Shown piece by piece: positions 54,049 through 64,000 of a DNA stretch of 64,000 nucleotides; position 1 is the first letter of the stretch, and every line of letters starts with the position of its first letter. The position numbers and the translations under genes were made by a program. The DNA lies in contig OZ076409.1 in the NCBI GenBank assembly GCA_964187785.1, positions 72,666,001 to 72,730,000 on the forward strand, given 5' to 3'. Source of the DNA: Amphiscolops sp. MND2022. Taxonomy: Eukaryota. The notes beneath the pieces were generated by a model. It ran no database searches and had not been told where the DNA came from. It saw nothing but the letters and a program-made list of their open reading frames with translations.

Positions 54049-55080
54049 GTGGTCCGGGGAAGTACCCCACAGGAAAATGCGAGGCGCGGGGAGGGTCCTG
54101 CTAGCCGAGCCTAAAAAATAGGATTCTAAAAACTAATTATATGCCAGGGGGGTACAGGAACACGATCTCGGAATTGAACCGTAGGATTTTGCTGAAATTT
54201 TGCATGCAGCCATAAATGGAAATTCTAAGAATTTTTTCCTGCTGGCACTTTTTTGAGAAAACGCAATTTCGGAAGTTATGAGCAAATGATCGGTTTTTTC
54301 ACCTATTTTCGGTACTTTTTCGCTGCAATATCTGCAGCATGTGCACACAATTGGCTGATACTTTACATGCGAGGCATAAATGATGTTAGGTGTTTGCATG
54401 TCAAAAATCATTAGGCTGGTGATACTAGGCTGGGAGATAGAATCGAAAGTGATACCGGGAAATGGTGAAATCTCCGGTCATCGCGTCATAAATTCCGAAC
54501 TTTTGTATAGATGGTCTTTACTTAAGTGGTAGCAGTACAGTTGATGTGTTTTTAACATCACGTGATGAGGATAAAAAATAAAAAATAAAAAAGTTCTACA
54601 TAAGTTCTACCAGAATTCGTAAAATGGAGAATTTTTGCCAAAAAATTTTTTTCCGCGTTTTTAATGAAATAACCTACCAGGAATTCAAAAATCACGTTAT
54701 TTATTGTGCCAGCGGTGTGAAAATGGGTCATAAGTTCAACATTCACCAAATTTCTATACCAGTTTTACCAAACATTGAGATAAAACTGTTCAGTATACAT
54801 TAAACTCAATATGTGACTTTAATTTTTTGGAATCATTGTCACCGGTGTTCCGAGGGATGCACAGCAGCTCGAAGGAACAACGGTGACCCGAAGGGGGGCT
54901 GTAGGTACCTTTTAAATCGTACGGCAGTCACTGTATAGTTTTCTTCGTCAAGGTACTACATGTGATTGTGACATGTAAGATGTTCACGAAAGGAGCCCAA
55001 AATGAACAAGAATTACATGAATTAACATCCGTAGAGTACCGAACGCGCCCTCTGGTAATTGGTACCTTTCCCTCCACTGG
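54049..55080 (+). mobile_element. U25: family F cassette, 1032 bp
   Basis: Double 5' hairpin, conserved 5' block, H3 variant 54838-54887, ends CTCCACTGG. Confidence 0.7.
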
Positions 55081-58000
55081 GTGGTCCGGGGCTTAATTTG
55101 CCCCACAATAGTCATTGCGAGGCCTGGGGAGGGTCCCGGAGCCGAGCGCTATATACAAAATGCATCCATGGTAGACCGGGAGAAAAACAAGCGATTTTCC
55201 AATCTAACCGTTAGATTTCCATGAAACTTTGCACACATACATAAAATCAAATTCTAAGAACTTTTTTCCCCTGACGTATCATGATTGAAACATTTGTTGA
55301 AAAGTTATGTGCAAATGATCGTGTTTTTTGGCCATTTTTCGCATTTTTCACGTAGTAGCTCCACACTTTACGCTATGCATTTGGCCCATTTTTTGCGTGC
55401 GAGGCATAAATGATGTCATGCTTACACATGCCAAAAATTATTTCTTAATTCGCAACAGGAGTGGAGATATGGCGGATAATATTGGCGGAAAATTTAACGA
55501 TTACGAAACTTTGCACACATTTGGCCAACATTTGTTTCAAAAATGACAAAAATCAAAAAGTCCGCGGATTGCGTTGAAACTTGGCACACAGGTAGTAAAA
55601 CAAATTTTAAGAACTTTTTTCTTCTGACGTTTTTCCGAAAAATTGCATCTTCAACCTATATTTGCAATGTTTCGGGTTTTTTGATTCAACGTGATTTATC
55701 ACTCACATATTCAGAGTCCATTTTCAGCATGAAGCAACGCAGATACCGCCAATGTGCACATTTTGCAAAATCATCAACGGCCAACGGTCTACCGAACGGT
55801 CCAAAAAAATTTTCCCCTCGGGCCCAATCAAAGTGGCCAAAAGTGCCAAATGGTTTTTTCCAACAGTATCACCATTACAAAATTGATGATTTGACCAGGA
55901 GCAACGGTCCGCACGGTCTCGGACCATAAGGTGAAAAAGTGTCAGTGAGTTATGGTGACGACCAAAATGACATCAGTTGACCTCTAAGAGGCCTCTGGAA
56001 AAATTTGATTTTTTTGAGTCACGGTCCGAGTTGATCTGTTACGTTGAATGAACATTTCATAATCATGTTACTCATAACCGAGTACAGATAGCACCGTGGG
56101 TCATCTTTATGAAAATGAACATTGGGCAGCGGTCTAACGACTGAGTGCAAAAATAATACCTTAGTTGCCATAGGGAAGGAAAAAAATTTTCAGAAGTGTT
56201 GTTTTCAATTTTTCATGTCGACTCGCAGTTACAAAATTGTGATTTTCTCTTCAGCAACGGTCCGAACGGTCTGGTACCATAAGATAAAAATTTGTCAGTG
56301 TGACATGGTGGCGCCCAAAAACACATCAGAACACTGGTAGGAAGCCTCTGAAAGAGTTTCGAATTTTCACGTGGGTCCGAGAGTTATAGTGTCACATCGT
56401 AACTACATTTCGGGTATGCATATCTCCTCACAGAGTACAGATAGCATCATGGGTCACCTTTTCGAAAAAGAACGTGGGCCACTGGTCTATCGATTGGTTA
56501 GAAAAAGTTTTCAGTCACTGCTGCACGGCGTGAATAATATGCCAATATGGGGTATTTAGCATTTTTTTGCACGACTCGGACCTACAAAAGCCTATTTCTG
56601 CTGCACCAACGGTTTGTACGGTCTTCGACCATAAGGTCAAAAAGTGTCAGTGTGCTATGGTGACGCCCAAAAACCCACCAGTACACTTGTAGAGTGCTTC
56701 CGAAAAATTTTGGATTTTTTAGGTGAGTCCGAGAGTTATAGAGAGTTATGTTGTCACATCGAAACTACATTTCGGGAATGTATATCTCCTGACAGAGTAC
56801 AGATACCAACATGGGTCATCTCTTGGAAAGTGAACGTCGGCCACTGGCCTACCAAATGGTGATAAAAAGTTTTCACCAGTTGCTACAGGGAGTGATAAAA
56901 GTGCTTACATGGGTTACATAGCATTTTTTCAGGCGACTCGGACTTACAAAAAGCTCATTTGCTCGCCAACAACGGTCTCTACGGTCTCCACTCAATGGGT
57001 CGAAAATTTTTTGTGGGCTATGGTGACGCTCAAAAACCCATCAGTTTACTTGTGGGATGATTCTGTAAAAATTTCGTGTTTTCGTGCAGACTATGTTACA
57101 TATTACATTGGGAACCGTGTTTTTTTCTCTCCAAAATCATGTTTTTGAGTGCCCAAAAACTGTTTTTAAAGCCCAGTAGCCATCTAAAATGTACTTTTGC
57201 ATAACACGGGGTGTGAATAACGTGAAAAAAGTGTTCACTGTGGATTTGGAGTTATGTCGAAAAAATCAGCTGCCATTAGACGTTACATTACAGAAAATCG
57301 TACCTTACATATCGATTCATGGGTTGAGTCAAAAACAGCTAAAGTTCTTTTTCAGTCAATCAAGACTCTTTTTTGTTCACAACCAAGTGTACTGCTGACG
57401 TCGAACCTATTTTGACCTTCCACAATGGTTATAGTGCAATTTTGAGGTACAAAAGCCTCGTTGACAAACAAAATTCCAAGATGAAATTGCTTTCCAAATC
57501 ATTTTTTGAAGTATAGGAACGCCATTTTCAGCCGACAACCATCAAATATCCACTTCTCTTGGCCCAGTGGCTTGTGAAAAATACAACTGGGCATTGACAA
57601 GGCACAAGGACCTTACTTCGAGTAGTCATGTGCCACAATATTCGCTAATCGATAGCAAATTTTGTTGAAAATTGATACAACATCACATTTTTGGTGGACT
57701 CGAAATGACAAATTGGAGCTTCTGCAGCAACTATAGGCTTTTAGTGCAACTCAGTGGCACTGTTACTTAGGAAAATACGGTCTACAGTAGTTTCATGCTA
57801 ATTTTTCAGAATCTGAGGTACATAAAAATATCATACTGAATAGACATATGACTTAAACATTGGAATTTTTCCGGTTGTGTCACCACTTTTTTGGTATCAG
57901 CGGTCCTACCAACACCGTTTTTGGTCTAAAACTAAACCCGAGGCTCAACCAAGATATATATGAGACTTGTAAAATCAATGCAAGGACTTTCGACATGTCA

Positions 58001-59975
58001 AAAGTACTGATAAGAAGAGAAACTTCTCAAAAAATCATGGTATGTGTCATATTCCATTCCACGTTTTTTAATCGGTGCTTGTCGGTTATGGTATTAACGC
58101 TGAACAACGACCTCACTGACAACAAACAACTCGTTTATAGTCATTAAAAGTGTTTATAATACAACCATGCTTGGTCTGGACACATTTTTTATCCCATTCG
58201 TTCGTAACAATAAAAATTTTTTCCCCAATAACCCAATTTTTGTCAGGTCGAAAACTGATTTCTCGTGTTTTGAACAACATTATTGTGTTTGACGTAACCT
58301 GTGGCCTCCAAAATACTGAAAAAGAGATATATGACTGGTATCAAATGCTTTAGTGACATGTGAGCCACGATAACACGTTTTGCAAAGAAAAATTCAACTT
58401 TCAACTGAAAATTTCGAAGACACATTTTCACAATAGAAACAGAATATATAACAATCTAACCTAATTCCCGTCAATTACTATTAATATAGTATCATTGTTG
58501 CGAATATGAGGTCCATACAGGGGTGTATGGGAAAAAAATGGCGCATAAAGCATTGTGTAACACAAAGTTTACCAAAGTACTAAGAATTTGTCACGGTTTC
58601 TTTGCACTCTAACTCAAAAATTTGATGGTGTAAACATCAATGAGCAGTTCAATTTAGTACGGTTTATCAACTGTGTATCTTTTTCAAAGTGCACAATCTT
58701 TCTGTTGTTCCAAACTCCTTTGTTAGGGCTGAAAAGTGTCATATGTTTTACAACGCAATGTTCATTAAAAGATACATTAGCAAAGACCGAATCAACTTCA
58801 CAGCAGGTAATCAAATTCTCAATACGTTTTTCAGTACTTGGATTTCGCAGACTATATAGATTTCATTTGCATTTTTATAAAGACTTTATAACTGAATCTT
58901 GCATTTTTATAAAGAGTTTATAAAAAAATTTCGTGATAGCCTTCCAAGTTGGCCTTCGGCCAACTTGGAAGGCTAACACTACAAACACCAAAAACCAGGA
59001 GTTCCTCTACTCTCAAAATAGGCGGGGAAACTTTCATTGAACTTTCCTTTCTCACATTAATTGATAATTTCAGGACATGAGCATTTCTATTCGCTATACG
59101 ATGACCACCATTGTGTTCAATAAATAAATCTTTCCTTGTGACGCTTAAAAATACCATAAAAACTAACTTGAAACATATGAATTGTATGTGGAACGTACAT
59201 TTATCTAACCAATGAGTGGCTACCCCTATTGGTTCCACGAAATCCTCTACCCCTCCACCAGACAGTACGTTACATCATACGTTGATGTCTTCCACAGTGG
59301 TCACATAGGGCAAAAAAAAGGAAATGGAGTTGGAGTGTATGTATTTCTAATGCATTTAAGTCAGCCACTTGTGATAGGAAAGGTTCAAAACTACGGAATA
59401 AATCTATCCTAGCTGAAAATTGTTTCGGCAAACACATGGCACACAAAAATACTTCAAAAATTTCCAGCAGTCAATTCCTTCCACAAAAATTTTTCTGTCC
59501 GATTGTGAATAATTTCAATATTTGGAATTCGCCAGTCCCGTCATCTTCGCATCTCACCTCGGTCACAACAGAGCTTTCTTTTTTTCAATTCTCTCCACCC
59601 ATTTCCACATAACGAGGCAGTTACGTTCACTATTTGGAGTGTTATTGGAGATTATAAGGCATTAATCACTGTAATGAACAATTACTTCTAATGTTGAAAC
59701 TCTTCCAGTTTTCTTTGTAAATTGTCAAAGTAGAACATCGCTTTTATTCAGCAGGAACGTCGCGTTGGCTTGCAGATTGATGGATAAGTGACAAGTAGCA
59801 TTGTAAGGCACCACGTGTCGTGGAGATGCCAAATATGAAATACGTTGAACACAACAAAGACTACTTTTGTCAACAGAACGGAAAACGAAAATTTTATTGT
59901 TGAAAATTCTTTTCTTTCTATACACATTTTCCTCGCTTCTCGGCAGTGTAACTGCAACAACCTCGCCTCCACTGG
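55081..59975 (+). mobile_element. U26: family G cassette, 4895 bp
   Basis: Double 5' hairpin, ~355-bp internal repeats, A-related module near 58240, H1 hairpin 58933-58979, ends CTCCACTGG. Confidence 0.7.
55880..57080 (+). repeat. Diverged ~355-bp internal tandem repeats (4 anchors)
   Basis: CAACGGTCCG-ACGGTCT...TGTCAGTG anchor near 55903, 56256, 56608, 56970. Confidence 0.75.
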
Positions 59976-62900
59976 GTGGTTGGGGCGTTATTCCCCACGA
60001 AGTTCGCGGCCGCGGGAGACGGGACCCGCGGACCGCCCATCCAATGCAAAAATATACACTCTAAACAGCACCATTATAAACACGATCTCGAAAATGAACC
60101 GTAGGATTGTCTTGAAATTTTGCATACGGATAGAAGAGAAAATTCTAAGAACTTTTTCCTGCTGGCACTTTTCCGAAAAAAATGTCCGTCATGGGTTTTT
60201 TTGGGTTTTTTTGGTTTTTTCTCATCTTTCTCATCTTTGATTAATCAATCACTGAATCAAAGGCCATTTTCAGCATGAAGGAATGCCCGTAGCGGCAAAG
60301 TGCACTTTTACAAAAATCATCAACAGTCAACGGTCTTTCGAACGGTCTAAAAAATTTTCCCCCGGGGGGCATCCAAAGTGCCGAAAAGTGCCAAAATATT
60401 TTTTTGGTCTGAATCATTTTGATGAAATTGTTGATTTGAGCAGCAGGAACGGTCCGCACGGTCTCGGACCATAAGGTCAAAAATTGTCAGTGAGTTATGG
60501 TGACGACCAAAATGACATTGGTTGAGCTGTAGGAGGCCTCTGAAAAAATTTGAATTTTTTGAGTCTACAATCCGAGCTGAACTGTTACGTATTATGAACT
60601 TTTCAGTACTATGTTGCCAATGACCGAGTACAGATAGATGCATGGGTCAGCCTTATTGAAATGAACATTGGGCACTGGGCTACCGATTGAGTGCAAAAAT
60701 TATAGCCTAGTTGCTGTAGTCGAAGAAAAAAATTCTCAGAAGTGTTACTTTCAATTTGTCATGTTGACTCGGAGTTACAAAAAGGTGATTTTCTCGCCAA
60801 CAACGGTCCGAACGGTCTTCGACCATGAGATCAAAAATTGTCAGTGTGCTATGGTGACGCCCAAAAACCCAGCCGAACAAGCGTAGGATGCTTCTGAAAA
60901 AATTTCGAATTTTTACGTCGGCCCAAGAGTTATTGTGTTACATCGTAACAACATTTCGTGTATGCATATCTCCTGACAGAGTACAGATAGCATCATGGGT
61001 CACCTTTATGAAAGGGAACGTGGGCCACTGGTGTACTGCATGGTTATAAAAAATTTAGACTAAGTGCTGCACGGCGTGAATAATATGCCAAGATGTGTTA
61101 TTTACGATATTTTAGCACGACTCGGACTGACAAAAAGCCTATTTCTTCCCCAGCAACGGTCCAAACGGTCATCAAGTGTAAGGTCAAAAAATGTCAGTGT
61201 GACATGATGGCGCCTAAAAACCCACCAGAACATTGGTAGGAAGCTTCTGGAAAAAATTCGAATTTTTACGTGGGCCCGAGAGTTATGATGTTGCATCGTA
61301 GCAACATTTCGTGTATGCATATCTCCTGACAGAGTACAGATAGCATCATGGGTCACCTTTTTGAAAAAGAACGTGGGCCACTGGTCTATCGATTGGTTGT
61401 AAAAAGTTTTCAATCACTGCTGCACGGCGTGAATAATATGCCAATATGGGGTATTTAGCATTTTTTTGCACGACTCGGACCTACAAAAGTCCCATTTCTG
61501 CTCCACCAACGGTCCGTACGGTCTTCAACCATAAGGTCAAAAAGTGTCAGTGTGCTATGGTGACGCCCAAAAACACACCAGTACACTTGTAGAGTGCTTC
61601 CGAAAAATTTTGGAATTTTTAGGTGAGTCCGAGAGTTATAGAGAGTTATGTTGTCACATGGTAACTACATTTCGGGAATGTATATCTCCTGACACAGTAC
61701 AGATACCAATATGGGTCATCTTTTGGAAAGTGAACGTGGGCCACTGGCCTACCGAATGATGATAAAAAGTTTTCACCAGTTGCTACAGGGAGTGATAAAA
61801 GTGCTTACATGGGTTACATAGCATTTTTTCAGGCGACTCGGACTTACAAAAAGCTCATTTGCTAGCGAACAACGGTCTGTACGGTCTCCACTCAATGGGT
61901 CGAAAATTTTTTGTGGGCTATGGTGACGCTCAAAAACCCATCAGTTTACTTGTGGGATGATTCTGTAAAAATTTAGTGTTTTCGTGCAGACTATGTTACA
62001 TATTACATTAGGAACCGTGTTTTTTTTTTCACCAAAATCATGTTTTTGAGTGCCCAAAAACACTTTTTTAAAGCCCAGTAGCCACCTAAAATGTTCTTTT
62101 GCATAACATGGGATGTGAATAACGTCAAGAAAGTGCTCACTATGGATTTGGAGTTATCTCGAAAAAATCAGCTGCCATTAGACGTTACATTACAGAAAAT
62201 CGTACCTTACATATCGATACATGGGTTGAGTCAAAAACAGCTAAAGTTCTTTTTCAGTCAATCAATACTGTTTTTTGTTCACAACCAAGTGTACAGCTGA
62301 CGTCGAACCTTTTTTGACCTTCCACAATGGTTATAATGCGATTTTGAGGGACAAAAGGCTTGTTGACAAACAAAATTCCAAGATGAAATTGCTTTCCAAA
62401 TCATTTTTTGAAGTATAGGAACGCCATTTTTTGCCGACAACCATCAAATATCCACTTCTCTTGGCCCAGGGGCTTGTGAAAAATACAACTGAGCCTTGAC
62501 AAGGCACATGGACCGTAATTCGAGTAGTCATGTACCACAACATTTGCTAATCGATAGCAACTTTTGTTGAAAATTGATACAACATCACATTTTTGGTGGA
62601 CTCGAAATGACAAAATGGAGCTTTACCAGAAACTATTGGCTTTTAGTACAACTCACTGGCACTGTAAGTTACGAAAATACGGTTTACAGTAGTTTCATGC
62701 TACTTTTTCAGAATCTGAGGTACATAAAAATATCATACTGAATAGACAAATAACTTCAACATCGGAATTTTTCCGGATGTGTCACCACCTTTTTGGTATC
62801 AGCGGTCCTACCAACACTGCTTTTGGTCTAACACTAAACCCAAGGATCAACCAAGATGTATATCAGACTTGTAAAATCAATGCAAGGTCTTTCGACATGT

Positions 62901-64000
62901 CAAAAGTACTGATAAGACGAGAATCTTCTCAAAAATTCATGTTATGTGTCATATTCCATTCCACGTTTATTAATCGGTGCTTGTCGGTTATAGTATTAAC
63001 GCTCAACAACGAGCTTACTGACACGAAACAACTTGTAGACAGTTATTAAAAGTATGTATAATTCCAACATGCTCGGTTTTGGCAGATTTTTCATCCCATT
63101 AGTTCTTAACGTGTAAATTTTACTTCCCAAAAACCCTATTTTTGTCAGGTCGAAATTCGAATTTTCGTGTTTTGATCAATATTATTGTGTCTGACGTAAC
63201 CTGTGGCCTCCAAAATACTCAAAAACAATAGTATGACTGCTATCAAATGCTTCAGTGACATGTGGGGCACGTTAACACGTTTTGGTAAGAAAAATTCCAC
63301 TTCGAAGTGAAAATTTGGAAGACACATTGTGTCAATAAAAACTGAATACATGCAAAACGTTCCTAACTCCCGTCAATTAGTATTGACGTAGTAACTGTGT
63401 TGCGAATTAGAGGTCTATAGAGTGGTGTATGGGAAAACTGTGGCGCATAAAGCGTTGTTCATAACAAAGTTCTTCCAATAACTACAATTGTGTTTTCAAA
63501 AGTTTCACTATATTTCACATATTCACAGAATGTGATTGATGCTACCTAGTAATGGAAAACCACTGTCGAATCTTCTTTAGTGGACTCAACAGTCCTGAAA
63601 ATCACAGACATACATCACGTTTCATAATTATACACTCGAGGCTACACAATAATTTATTTCCGCTAGTTGCTGATAACTGAATTTCCTGATAGCCTTCCAA
63701 GTTGGCCTTGTGTCAACCTGGGAAGGCTATCAGCACAAAACACAAAGAACACAGCTTGTTGTTGCCTCTAATTTGCTGTTGTTTTCGTTAAGATTTTATG
63801 GTACCGTTTCTTTATAACATGTGGTTAACATAAGACAATTTCTCTCTGTATGGAACGACATCCATTGATAAGAAAGATTACAGTTTTTTAGTTGAAAAAG
63901 ACCTTGAAACTACTGCGCAATTCATGCAATTTATCCAAAACGTTCATTCATTTCAATAATTTGCGTCCCATTGAGCGTCACAAACCACTATACCTCCTTT
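59976..64000 (+). mobile_element. U27: family G-related cassette, truncated by the window end
   Basis: E-like 5' region, G-type repeats and body, H1 hairpin 63687-63732. Confidence 0.7.
60430..61980 (+). repeat. Diverged ~354-bp internal tandem repeats (5 anchors)
   Basis: Same anchor near 60448, 60801, 61155, 61508, 61871. Confidence 0.75.

Larger units (their letters stand above)
1..64000 (+). mobile_element. Head-to-tail array of heterogeneous non-coding Helitron-like cassettes joined at CTRG|GTG
   Basis: CTRGGTG starts at 594, 2584, 7344, 9330, 11316, 16087, 18074, 20070, 22062, 24036, 25314, 30075, 32064, 34059, 36052, 38034, 40024, 42002, 44077, 46868, 48838, 50832, 51904, 52974, 54045, 55077, 59972. 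Each is followed by a double hairpin, and sequence family changes occur at these points. The array is seen directly; the Helitron-like class is inferred from hairpin + CTRR 3' ends. Confidence 0.8.

Noticed and set aside
1..64000. Hidden long genes under an alternative genetic code
   Set aside because: Homologous copies differ by frequent 1-nt indels in homopolymer runs, which is incompatible with conserved reading frames.

Overview
The whole 64 kb window is a gap-free, head-to-tail array of non-coding cassettes, all in the same orientation: 26 complete and 2 partial. I found no credible protein-coding, rRNA or tRNA gene. The short ORFs are artefacts of repeated DNA, with stops and frameshifts differing between copies. 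The 27 junctions all read CTRG|GTG (25 CTAGGTG, 2 CTGGGTG). Several sequence families are interleaved (called A, A-long, B, B-long, C, D, E, F, G here). They share one architecture: a 5' GTG followed by two GC-rich hairpins, a conserved block about 110-190 nt in, a modular internal body, one 40-50 nt bulged hairpin, and a 3' CTRG usually preceded by a short GC hairpin. The 3' end resembles a Helitron terminus, but the 5' end is GTG rather than TC. Cassette lengths cluster at about 1.05, 1.99 and 4.8 kb even across unrelated bodies. The first 22 cassettes end in a roughly 70 nt core containing a palindrome that is also a 19/20 match to a p53-family response element. Best reading (inference): non-autonomous rolling-circle-type or site-specifically integrating elements that insert into each other's junction, probably in a eukaryotic genome. 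The mobilising enzyme is not in this window. Coordinates were counted by eye; junctions should be accurate, and internal repeat limits are approximate.
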